Assembly: GCA_964016885.1 (NCBI GenBank)
Contig: OZ024742.1
Location: 70,928,001 to 70,992,000, forward strand
DNA: 64,000 nt
Direction: 5' to 3'
Origin: Eledone cirrhosa
Taxonomy: Eukaryota
The number at the start of each line of letters is the position of its first letter. Position 1 is the first letter of the stretch. The position numbers and the translations under genes are program-made. Below, piece after piece: positions 42,291 to 52,925 of this stretch. The notes below the pieces were generated by a model. The model was not told where the DNA came from. It ran no database searches and saw only the letters and a list, made by a program, of their open reading frames with translations.

Positions 42291-43639
42291 ACACACATAC
42301 ATATATATACATACACACATGTATATATATATATGGGCCTTCCAGTTTCATTTCACATTATATACAGGTCTGTGTATATTTTAATTATTTAAAAATTATT
42401 TTTAAGTGAACATGATCTTTAAAAAAATATTCTGAAGTGAACGTGACTCAATGAGTTACGGGTGGTCTAGTCTAAATTAAAACCTTCCAACATAATTTGA
42501 TAGAAGAACCCTTATATTGGGTTACAAATGCCATTTTAATTAAATACTTCATATTTTTAGTAATCCCGCCAAAAGAATTCTTCATCAGTTACTTGAAATA
42601 CAGTGTAAATATTTTATTTAATGGAAATATAAGCATTTAAGTTGGGAAAAAAAATGTACCATATTTCCCAGCATGGAAGATGCTGGTTTTGGGGGGTTTT
42701 TTTTTCTTTTCACAACCTAAGTCTAAAAGCTTTACCATACATTTTGGAGGCCAAAGATTACATTAGTCATTTTATTCAATATTTATTAACTGAAAATGGA
42801 GGTGCATCCAAGCCGCTGGGAAATATGGTAAGTTGTCAGTAAATATACTACTTCAATGACATTCAGATTGATTACTTATGTAGCGCTCTCTAGACAAAGG
42901 GAAGTAGCCAAAGTTACTTCCCGTAAAATTTCTAGAATACCCTTTGAACTTCCGTTTCAGAGATTATAAAAGAAGGAGCAAAGGAAAATCTACCTCTTCT
43001 TCACCTCTTGGCCACCTGGCTTAAGGCCAGGCATGGTTACGCCAAAGGTATACACTCTCTTTCACCAACGGCTCTAGAACTGACCACACCAAGCACAGAT
43101 GCTAAACTTTTTCTAATCCTATCCTATCCCTCAGGATTACACCACATCATGGCACGAGGTACGTTTCACTACCAAAACTGTAACAAGCTACTTCAATAAA
43201 TGCAAATTGTTACTGATACACTTTTCCGAAGTATTCGTCATGTTTCAATTACTACATCATCATTTCTTTTGCATCTTCTAAACAAATTAAATTAGTGGTT
43301 GGCATGTAGTGGTATTTACTGGAGTAAATAACCCTATGGCCAATTCACTAAAATGGTGATCCCGAGCAACACTAAACTTATATCTTCAGAGTTTTCTACT
43401 AATTCATATCCTAATACTGATGTAGTCAGGATGAAATATAGTAACTTGTTCACTTTATGAATGCTTTTACTACAGCCCAAATCCACAGGAAATTTGAACT
43501 CAGTACACAAATCTTTTAAAACGCTCATTAATAATACATCCGTGAGCTGTACTTATCATGATACATGTTTATATCACAGTAGAGTTAAGTAATATCGTTC
43601 CTTCTGTGTGAGTGCTAGAGCTGAACTCTTACAGCCAAC

Positions 43640-44010
43640 ATGGAATAAAGAATCCGAGCGTTTGAGGACAAGTGCTTCAGAAGGCTGCTATACATCCCGT
43701 ACAAAGAACACAAACAGCTTTAAGTAGCAAGTCAACAAATACGCTGGGAGAGAGGAAACACTGCTGTTGACAGTAAAAATAAGGAAGCTTGCATAGTACG
43801 ATTATATATTCCACCACAAGTCCCTGCCTTAAACCATCCTTCAGGGCACAGTTGAGGGGGGGACAAGGAAGAGGTAGACAAAGAAAACCCTGGTCCAACA
43901 ACACTGATCCTTCTGTGCATGATGGACAGAGACCAGTAATGACTGCTAACTGCAAAAACGTCCAGATTAGCACCCAATGACTAATTGCACCAGCTGTAGG
44001 GGGTTTGATT
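43640..44010 (+). mobile_element. Decayed RTE (BovB-like) LINE 3' fragment
   Basis: Translates across frameshifts to AFEDKCFRRLLYIPYKEHK and GGQGRGRQRKPWSNN, which match RTE C-terminal motifs. Confidence 0.75.
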
Positions 44011-44199
44011 GAGAGTTAAGTGTCTTTGTCGGAGATATAGTGCAGATTGGCGAAAAGATATGATTATTTACCTGGTCACCCTGGTATGCAATCAACTATA
44101 ACTATGTTAGCAAGTTCAGACAAACCTTGGTTCAAATAATAATATTTAAAGTGTAGGACAAGACACCAATTAAATCAGTTCCCTAAGGAGAAAATAGGT

Positions 44200-44520
44200 A
44201 GCAAATTGGCTAAGTTATTAAAGTGTAGGACAAAATGCCTAACAGTATTTGTTCTGTTTCTTTACATGCTGAGTTTAAATCCTGCTGAGGCTAACTTTCA
44301 GGATCAGTAAAACAAGGTATCAATGTATTGGTGGGATTGTTAGAGCATCAGGAGAGATGCTTAGTGGTATTTGTCTAGACACTTCATATTCTGAGTTCAA
44401 ATCCTGTTATGACCTACTTAGGGTAGGGGGAGTGGGGATTTGAGCTCAAAACATAATGGGACCTAACTATATGCCACAAAGTATGTTGTCCGACACTCTA
44501 CTGATACTGGCAATCCACTA
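44200..44520. mobile_element. Cluster of degraded SINE heads in both orientations
   Basis: CTGAGTTTAAATCCTGCTGAGG and TTCTGAGTTCAAATCC on +, and GGGGATTTGAGCTCAAAAC on -, resemble the SINE at 54183. Confidence 0.5.
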
Positions 44521-44547
44521 CCCTAGTTACCTCACATGATAAAAACT

Positions 44548-44668
44548 AGAGTGTACTGAGTGTATTTTATCATGGTACCAGCCCTATCATTTTACAGAGT
44601 GTACTGGGTGTATTATATTGTGGCACCAACACTACTGCTTTACAGAGTGTATTTTATCATGGCACCAA
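44548..44668 (-). repeat. Decayed copies of the ~47-bp internal repeat of the RTE 3' UTR
   Basis: AGAGTGTACTGRGTGTATT...TGGYACCA occurs about 2.5 times. Its reverse complement resembles CACCCAGTACACACTATAAA at ~51251. Confidence 0.55.
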
Positions 44669-45034
44669 TAGTCTCAAATGTAACTGGTTGTGTGTAACCC
44701 AGTACAACCTGTTGCATGGTCAGGTTGTCAGCAACTAAACCGGCAACTCCACCAAGTTTACTTGGTGAGGAGGGTGATTTTGGACACCCTGCAGAACAAA
44801 AAACAAAACTTGACAAAGGGTGGAAGATCCAATGCTCCTAGGGGCGGCCCTGGTTCTTCTTATTTGCAAGTGTAAACTCGGCCAGATTAGATTAGATTAG
44901 AACACTGAGGAGGTCATTGTGATTCCATATTTTAGTGAGAACAGGAACGATCAACCAGGAGTTAGCTGGTTTCCACATCCTATTTCTGACACCATACTGT
45001 AGTGATAACAGAGATACTTTGCTCCATGTAGTCA

Positions 45035-45191
45035 TGAGTTTTATATCAAATAATAATATTTGATTCGTTTGCAAGCAAACAGCCTCATTACACTGTTTTT
45101 AGATGACCATCATCATCCTTTTGTTCTAGCAGTGGCACAGAGAAACAATCGATAACGTTGTTACTAGGTTATTTCCCCTCGTTAAGATTGT
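45035..45191 (-). repeat. Left arm of a ~160-bp inverted repeat (partner 48009-48170)
   Basis: TAGATGACCATCATCATCCTTTTGTTCTAG and AAACAGCCTCATTA are reverse complements of CTAGAACAAAAGGATGATGATGGTCATCTA and TAATGAGGCTGTTT at ~48070-48125. Confidence 0.85.
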
Positions 45192-45789
45192 ATATTATTA
45201 TTATTCAATACAAACTCACGAATACATTTACGTATATGATATGTTAGAGCGAAAAACCAAATTCTAATTTTGTTTTTGATCTTTGGCAAAGCCAGCCATA
45301 ACATCACCCAGTATGTAAATTAGGCTAATCAGCTGATGTATACTTTAAAGCAAAGGTTCTCAACGGGGGGCATATGCACCCCCAGGGGGCATTTCAGAAC
45401 TCTAGGGGACATTAGGCGGCGCTGGAAGGTTCTTTACTTTGGTAAGTTTTATAAGCCATATTTGTATGTCTCTCAGACAGCCAGTGTGAATGCATTTGAA
45501 TGAGCATGCAGACAGCATAACTATGGTCTGACTGCAGCTGTGAGCAGGCGTTTCTAGACATTAACTGGCAATTGAGATCCTAAAATTGGAAAAACCCACA
45601 GTCAACTGGGTCAAGGACACTTTCAGTGCAGTCAGGTAGAATCTTGTCTTTCCTTCACCGATAACAATGTATTTCATGTCTGAAATTATTGACTCAACCC
45701 TAATGAGTTAACACTATGTAGATCTATTTTATTCCCTATTGTATAAATAATGTTACAATTAAAAAAAAAAGAAAAGAAAAAACACAGAA

Positions 45790-46122
45790 GCGGGTAGCAC
45801 ACACATCTAGGATCACATACAACACATAATCAGGTAGCACACACATCTAGGACCACATACAATATACAGGCAGGTAATACATACATCTAGAACCACATAC
45901 AACACATAATCAGGTAATACAAACATCTAGGACCACATACAACACATAAATCTAGAACCACATACAACACATAAGGAGGTAATACACACATCTAGGACCA
46001 CATACAACACACAAGCAGGTAATACATACAGCTAGGACCACATGCAATACATAAGCAGGTAGTACATACATCTAGGACTACATACAACACACAGGCAAGT
46101 AATACATACATCTAGGACCACA
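45790..46122. repeat. 40-bp minisatellite (about 8 units) inside the hAT element
   Basis: Unit CAGGTAATACATACATCTAGGACCACATACAACACATAAG starts at 45831, 45871, 45911 and onward. Confidence 0.9.
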
Positions 46123-46129
46123 CATTATA

Positions 46130-47166
46130 TCGTGTTACGGTCGGCCAACAAGGGTTTCGTCACTCTTCTGAAGAGAGAAAAATCTATCTGTATTTGTTGT
46201 TCATTGTGTCATTCATTGACAACATTTGGCTGCGAAGAAACTCAGCGAGCTGCTGAGCAAGTCCTTGCAGGTGGCCATTGATGTCATCAATTTTATCAAA
46301 CGCCATTCCCTCAATGAACGAATTTTCCAGCAACTGTGCCAAGATAATGACAAAGAATTCGTCAAGCTGCTTCTTCATACTGAAGTGAGGTGGCTTTCAA
46401 AGGGCAAGTGCCTTACTCACTTCTTTGAACTGTTCGACTCTATCATTGAATTTCTTTGAGGACGCAACACAGAACTGTACAAGATAACCCTTCATGTTAG
46501 GCAAGACTGTGCCTACCTCGCCGACATCTTCAACAAATGCAATAGCGTCATTATGGCTTTGCAGGGGAAGAAGATCACCTTGCTTAAAGCAAGGAGTGCT
46601 GTGAAAACATTCCTGGCCAAATTGAATGTCATCGAAAGGATCTTTGTTGACGGGAATTCTATAATTTTGCTAGTGTCGCCAATGTTCAAAACATTGTGAG
46701 CGATGACCAACTCCAAATTTATATCACTCACCTCTGTGCGCTACAAGACAACATGAGAGAACGGCTTGTTGACCTTTAGCCGATGGACATCCCAATGTGG
46801 ATAGCAGATCCCTTCATAGCTACTGTCGACAATTTGGACGTTAAATTTCAGGAAGAATTCATTGAACTTCAATCAAATGACATGATCAAAATTAGATTTC
46901 CTATAATAGGTGAACCCCTTTTTTGGATGCAAGAGGAAATTCACCGTCAATTTCCACACCTACATGCAGAGGCTAAGAGATTTGCTCTGTCTTGTCCAAG
47001 CTCATACTTAGTCGAAAGGTGGTTTGGTGCTGTTTCCAGACTGCACAGTAAGTCTCACAACCGCTACAATGTCATTACATGTGGAGATCTCTGGCTACAT
47101 CTTACGAAAATTCAGCCTCACGTCAAAGAGTTAGCTAGACTCCATAAAGCTCAAGGGTTCCATTGA
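46130..47166 (+). pseudogene. Buster/Charlie-type hAT transposase pseudogene, C-terminal half
   Basis: HCVIH*QHLAAKKLS (CxxH motif), LLLHTEVRWLSKGKCL and PSSYLVERWFGAV...GDLWLHLTKIQP (catalytic E / dimerisation region). Multiple stops and frameshifts. Confidence 0.92.
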
Positions 47167-47680
47167 AATGAGGTCAAAGTTAAAGTAAGTTGATTTATAC
47201 AAAAACTTGGATATGCTATTGTTACGAAGCAAACTAACAATTTTTTTTATTTGTAGTTGCAGTCTGACTGGACTGGAAACCATCTACTACAATTCACTTA
47301 CTCATTTGTTGTATATATTTTACCATTTACTAATAAATATACCCTCTTACGTGGTCATGAAAACCCTCTTCCATGGTCTCTAAACACATAAAGCGGAGGG
47401 GACATCAAGTTAGATATCAACATTTATTCTGTCCGTTTCATTAAAGGAAAATTGGAAAGTTTTGAAATGATATAATTGCCACTTTCTTCTAGATAAGAGC
47501 ACTCTTTGGATAGACAGAGTTGCTCTTGTATAAATGTTCAAAATAGCTGGTATCATCTGGTGGGAATATAACAAATTCAACTGGTCCTTCTTCATAAAAA
47601 AGAACATTTATGTTCCTTTCTTTCAAGGAATGTATTTATACTCTCAGCTGCCTGCAATGGTATCTTTGGAATATTGTGAA

Positions 47681-47855
47681 CCCTTTAGCATTCACATTAT
47701 TCTATATATACTATTATATTTTCATGGTAAAGGCTTTATAATATCGAATCTATGAGATTTTGAAAGTATTTATTTTGAGCAACCAGTTACAGCCAGTTTC
47801 AACAGAAAGAGGTAGAGAATTCTGGCCGGTTTTGGCTGGTTTGAACATTAAAGGG
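47681..47855. mobile_element. piggyBac-like MITE nested in the hAT element
   Basis: Ends CCCTTTAGCATTCA and TGAACATTAAAGGG (11/14 inverted match), flanked by TGAA on the left and TTAA on the right. Confidence 0.6.
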
Positions 47856-48008
47856 TTAATCAATTTTTTAGTAATCGACTGATATCAAAATCAGTAGTAT
47901 ATTGAAAAACGCAAAAATAGGGTAGGAGGGGGTTTCGTGATTTTGAGGGACAAAAGTTTGGCCTAAATGGGTTGAGAACCTGTGCTTTAAAGTATACTAC
48001 ATATATAC

Positions 48009-48170
48009 ACAATCTTGACAAAGGCAAATAACCCAGAAACAATCCTGTTGCATGTTTCTCTGTCACCACTAGAACAAAAGGATGATGATGGTCATCTAAA
48101 AAAATATAGCATAATGAGGCTGTTTGTTTGCAAACAAATCAAATATTATTATTTTTTAATATAAAACTCA
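48009..48170 (+). repeat. Right arm of the ~160-bp inverted repeat (partner 45035-45191)
   Basis: Reverse complement of 45035-45191. Its 3' end continues as a direct repeat of 45192-45275 that is interrupted by a SINE. Confidence 0.85.
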
Positions 48171-48195
48171 CATATACATTTACGTATACAATATG

Positions 48196-48553
48196 AAGGA
48201 GCATCGCTTAGTGGTTAGAACATTGGGCTTGCAATCGAAAGGTTGTGAGTTCAATTCTCGGACCGGGTGATGTGTTGTTTCCTTGAGCAAGACACTTTAT
48301 TTCACATTGCTCCAGTTTACTCAGCTGTAGAAATGAGATGATAGGGACTGCAAAGTGGACGTGGAGGTGCCACGGCAAAAAAAGCACCCAGCACTCTCTG
48401 TAAATGAAGTTGGTGTTAGGAAGGGCATCCAGCTGTAGAAATCAAGCCAGAATCAGTTCCCGTATGAACAAGACAAGGTCAGCCGACCGGACACTACCCG
48501 TCTAACCCATGCTAGCGTGGAAGAATGAACGTAAAACGGTGATGATGATGATG
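48196..48553 (+). mobile_element. tRNA-derived CORE-type SINE with an RTE-derived 3' tail, near full length
   Basis: A box (TAGTGGTTAG), B box (GAGTTCAATTC), CORE-like CCTTGAGCAAGACACTT...CAGTTTACTCAGCTGTAGAAATGAG, tail closely matching 42020-42290, and a (GAT)n end. The empty site is visible at 45222-45260. Confidence 0.88.
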
Positions 48554-48645
48554 TTAGAGCGAAAAACCAAACTAAATTCTAATTTTGTTTATATATATTT
48601 CTGCAATGATCTGGCACTGCTCTTCAATCCAGTTCTTTTTTGCCC

Positions 48646-49703
48646 TTATCATGGCCTCATCAGCCACCCAAGCAAGGTCATCTTACTAAACCAATTGAAG
48701 AGCAAGCAATCTTCCAACCAGGGTGAAGCACAACAGAGCAGATTTTCAACCTTAGAATAGTATGCGAAAGGTACCTCCAACATCAACAGGACCTCTATCA
48801 CATCTTTGTGGACTTCAAGAAAGTGTTTGACAGGGTTTGGCATGCAGCACTGTGGGCCACAGTGAAGCTGTACAACATCAATGGAAACTTGGTCAGTGTG
48901 ATTCAGAGCCTATATGACAAAGTCACCTGTGCAGTTTACTTAAACAGCAGCATTGGGGACTGGTTCAGAACCAGTCGGAGCAAGACAAGGTTGTTTGCTC
49001 TCTCCAACATCTTCTTAGAGAGAATTATGACAGACGCATTGGAAGACTATGAAGGGACAGTCAGTATTGGCAGCAGGACTGTTATGAACTTGCGTTTTGC
49101 CGACAACATAGATAGTCTAGCAGATAAGAAAGAGGAGCTAGCCAACCTAGTGGAGTGTTCTTAACAAGACTTCAACCACCTACAGCATGCAGATCAGTGC
49201 AGAAAAGACCAACAACATCAACGTCATCAGCACTGAGATCAGGGTCAATAGCAAGAAACTAGAGTGCATCAACAGTTTCAAATACCAGGGGGTAATCATT
49301 TTAGATGAAGGCTCTAAATCTGATGTACTCGCCAGATCTGCCCAGACCACAGCAGCACTTAAAAAACTTAAGACCATCTGGAATGACAAAAACATAGCCC
49401 TCAGCTCAAAGATCAAACTGATGCACTCTCTGGTTATGTCCCTATTCTTGTATGCCTGTGAATCTTGGATAATAACAGCAGATCTGGAAAGAAGGATACA
49501 GGCTATGAAGATAAGATGCTTCAGAAAGCTCCTTGGCAAGATCTTCAGGGCGTGCCAAGACTGCAGGGAATAGTACAATGAGGGAGGAAGAGAGGCAGAG
49601 AGAAAAAGAGATGGGAGGACATCATCCCAGAATGGACAGGCATGAAACTGAGTACAACCATGAAGAGGACAGATAGGCAAGAAGAATGGAAGGAGCTGGT
49701 TGC
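48646..49703 (+). mobile_element. RTE (BovB-like) LINE reverse transcriptase fragment, degenerate
   Basis: LISHPSKVIL, DFKKVFDRVWH, NLRFADNID, FKYQG and LYACESW, with frameshifts and internal deletions. Confidence 0.93.
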
Positions 49704-49859
49704 CAGTACTACTCTATTTACAGTACTACTCTATTTAATGTGCAATGCATGTAAATTCCTTCTCATCATATTATTTGACTGATAAAAGATTTAGAGACAT
49801 TTGAAGTAGGTCAAATTGTTATATTTCAATTTTTATGAATTATACGCTCATTGTATAAT

Positions 49860-51438
49860 ATAATTTCACTAAAAATTCGCTTATTTGCACAGGTAATTTT
49901 TGTTTTTTTGTACTTTAAATCATTCCATAAACCCTCTATAGGGTTCATATTGGGACTGTTCCCTGGCCAGTCGAAAAGCGTGATTCCCAGATTTTAAAAA
50001 TGTTTCATCTTTGTTGAAATATGAAATCCTTATCCAGAAACCACTTCTTGCAACTGGGGTAGTAACCAATGATAAATTATATCTTTGTACTCAACTGAGT
50101 TCATTATATCCTCCACTATCTGGAGGTGGCCACTACCGTAGTAAGAAATCACCAACCACACCATAACTTTGGTGGGGTATTTCCCTATGTTTTAGACAGT
50201 CCGGATGATATTTTTCAAAAGATTTTCTTCTAATGAACTTTCTTTGGTCATCCTGAATTTTAATCATCAATTCATCAGAAAAAACAGGCCCTCTTCCAGT
50301 CTTCTACTGTCCAGTCTTTGTGTTCCCTTGTACAATCCAGTCTTTTCTTCTTAGCTGCTTCCGTCAGTTTCAGTTTCTTCGTTGGTCTATACACTCAAAA
50401 TCCAAGGTGCTTCAACTTTCTTTGAACAGTTGATGGTGCAACAATGACTCTGTATGCTTTTTATGCTGTTGACAACTCTCTTGATGTGATGGATTATGAC
50501 TTCTTCACAAGAGTAGACAAAACTGAACTGTCTAGGCAAAGCGACAGGTTTTCTTTCACACTTACAGACTCATTTTCGAACATTTTTCTTATACTTGTAG
50601 ATGCACCTAACACCCCCATTCAATTTAGCTGCAATTTCCTTCACTGAATAACTGTTGGTCTCAAAATAAACCTTCAGTTGCGCCATCTCCTCCTAACTCA
50701 AATCTGTTTTGATGGATGTGTAATACATGAACGGCAAAGTGTAAATGAACTAAGTGAGAAATTAGGCATAAGAGGGATCAGCTGCAGTATACTAGAGAGG
50801 AGATTGCGTTGGTATGGTCATGTGATGCATATGAAGGATGACAGCTGTATAAAAAAGGTGCAGAGTGATCAAAATTGATGGAAGCTATGGAGTAGGAAGA
50901 CCCAGGACGATAAAAGCTGACTTTGCACAATTGCACTGCTCAAAGACAATGACACAGAATCGAGATCTTTGGCATTATGGAGTAATACAGAAGACAGGCC
51001 TTCCCTTGCACATGGACTCAAACATACACCACTTAATCCACTATACCCCTTCCATACACCCCTACACCACCCTTGCACTGTAAAGTTATGTTGGTATCAC
51101 AAAAATATCCAGTCCACACTGTAAAGTGGTATTGTAGGTGTCACAAAAAAAAGCACCCAGCCCACACTGCAAAGTGGTTGTGTAGGTCTCCCGACTAAAA
51201 GCACCTAGCCCACACTGTAAAGTAGTCATGTAGGAGACATGATAATAAACACCCAGTACACACTATAAATGTGGTTTGCGTTAGGAAGGACATCCAGTTG
51301 TAGAAATCTAGCCAGAAACAGTTCTATATGAGCAAGACACGGTCACCTGACTCAACTTGCCTCTAATGAGACAAACCCGTCTAACCCATGCTAGTGTGGA
51401 AAATAGACGTTAAACGATGATGATGATATCAGTTTCAT
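49860..51438 (-). pseudogene. Tc1 DD34E-type transposase pseudogene, split by the RTE at 50711-51427
   Basis: Manual minus-strand translation across frameshifts gives MKLI|KTDLS...YSVKEIAAKLN (HTH), PSTVQRKLKHLGF, HKDWTVEDWKRAC/FSDE, KYPTKVMVW, FIFQQ and DWPGNSPNMNPIEGLWNDLK. Not in the ORF track. Confidence 0.9.
50711..51427 (+). mobile_element. 5'-truncated RTE LINE, same family as 41536-42290
   Basis: RQSVNELSEKLGIRGI and ERRLRWYGHVMHMKDDSCIKK, a 3' UTR with about 5 internal repeats, and tail AAACGATGATGATGAT. Confidence 0.92.
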
Positions 51439-51734
51439 TTTGTTATTAGACTAAAGAGTACTACTAAATGAACTTATAAATACAATTTAGGGCATGAGGT
51501 ATACCCATAAATATTTGCACAGGTCACAGCACTTTTGGAGCTGTGGGACAGCTGTAGTTATTGTAGGGTCATTATAAAAAATATATATCGACTGAAGTAT
51601 ATATCATAGTAATATTTAGAAAGCACAATACTTAAGGATTACAAAAAGCATAAAAATATTAATGTTTTATCTAGTTAATATATCAAAATAAGCACTAAAC
51701 GCGTGATTTGGGAATAATTTGCACATTAGGAGTA

Positions 51735-51930
51735 ATCGGACTGGGACTTAGGCTGTGAAAAGACAAGACGAGGACATTGGTATTTTGGAGGAGAAATGAA
51801 GTCCCAGAACTGGACAGACGAGAACTTTTTTCAATGTGTGGGAAATTGTTGGGCCACTATCCAATCGCGGAGTGGTTCCGAACAGCATGGAGCTATGTCA
51901 AGAGACAAGCGGACTGGGTGAGCTGGGCAG
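51735..51930 (+). mobile_element. BEL/Pao-like LTR retrotransposon pol fragment
   Basis: LGLRL*KDK...RRNEVPELDRRELFSMCGKLLGHYPIAEWFRTAWSYVKRQA resembles the post-RT region of invertebrate Pao-like pol proteins. Recognised from memory. Confidence 0.6.
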
Positions 51931-52000
51931 AAATTCTTTGCTTAAACTTTAATCTGAACAAATAAATATTTGCTCTATGAGTAAAACAAAAGACAGCATA

Positions 52001-52879
52001 TCTATATATATAAAACTGAGGAGGTCTGTCTGTGTGTGAGTTTGAATCCCTAAAACTCGAGAACCACCCAACCGACTGTTTTCAAACTTTATACATGTAA
52101 TACTTATGTTTCAGGGAGTGTTCTGAGCAAAAAGAAATTCAAATTTTCAATGCCCTAGGGACCACATTAGGCGATTTAGCGAACTCTCTCTGTAATTCTA
52201 AGTCTTTCTCTTTTTAGATAGATACATATAACGTCGCGCCCTTGTAATTGTTTCTACTTTTGGCACAAGGCCAGCAATTATCCCAGTATAATATCTGTCT
52301 GTATGTTTGGCTGTCTGCATTACGTCACTTCCCTGAGGATGTCTGTCTGTGTGTGTCTGTGAGTTTGAATCCCTAAAACTCGAGAAGTACCCAACCGATT
52401 TTTTTCAAACTTTACACGTGTATTACTTATGTTTCAGGGAGTGTTATGCACATAAAAAATTCAACTTTTTGATCTAGGGCCAGCATTAGGTGCAAAACTG
52501 CGTTTTTAAAGCTTTGTAGGGGTTTTTTGAGGCGTTATGTCAGACCAATTTCCTTGAAATTGTAACTATGTATTAGTCAGTCTCTTCTTCATACCGTGAG
52601 CAAAGAAAATCCAACTTTTTTTTATGGCCTAGGGCATTTTTTCAGATTTTTAGGGCTTTTTTGAGGCGTTACGTCTAGCCGATTTTCCCGAAATTTCAAG
52701 GCATATTATGCATTCTTCCTGCTTCATCGAGGAAAATCTTTAAAATTATCCACCCATCAGAGTATTCGGTTTATTTTCTTTACATATTGTCCTGACATGC
52801 AGTTTTTCCACGATTAGGTCTGATGGCGCCCCGCGTTCCAAAGTACCTTATCCCGTACAACGCCGGATACCACTGCTAG
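52001..52879 (+). mobile_element. Non-autonomous Helitron
   Basis: 5' end TCTATATATATAAAA follows an A. The 3' end has a hairpin-like CCCGTACAACGCCGGA then CTAG, followed by T (A|T site, no TSD). Internal duplication of 52015-52130 at 52332-52450. Confidence 0.8.
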
Positions 52880-52925
52880 TAATTTAATAAGAATGTTAAA
52901 AAAAAAAAAATGAAATGAAACTGAA

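Larger units (their letters stand above)
45351..47984 (+). mobile_element. hAT DNA transposon, Buster/Charlie group, defective
   Basis: TIRs CAAAGGTTCTCAAC (45351) and GTTGAGAACCTGTG (ending 47984). Identical 8-bp TSD CTTTAAAG at 45343-45350 and 47985-47992 fits the Buster nnnTAnnn pattern. Contains a transposase remnant. Confidence 0.93.
49721..51735 (-). mobile_element. Tc1-family DNA transposon, defective, interrupted by an RTE insertion
   Basis: Contains a minus-strand transposase remnant. Possible TIR remnants are TA|CAGTACTACTCTATTTAATGTGCAA (49721) and TTGCACATTAGGAGTA (~51719-51734). Boundaries are approximate. Confidence 0.6.

Noticed and set aside
43334-43528. FPVDLGCSKSIHK as a PIF1/Helitron helicase motif remnant
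   Set aside because: It is a single short resemblance with no neighbouring helicase motifs recognised, so it is not supportable without a search.
46130-47166. Domesticated ZBED/SCAND3-like host gene
   Set aside because: In-frame stops, frameshifts, a missing N-terminal half, and intact TIRs and TSD indicate a dead transposon.
48196-48270. tRNA gene (also the mirror copy at ~54525-54588)
   Set aside because: The A/B boxes run directly into SINE core and LINE tail sequence, and no clean cloverleaf is evident. These are SINE heads.
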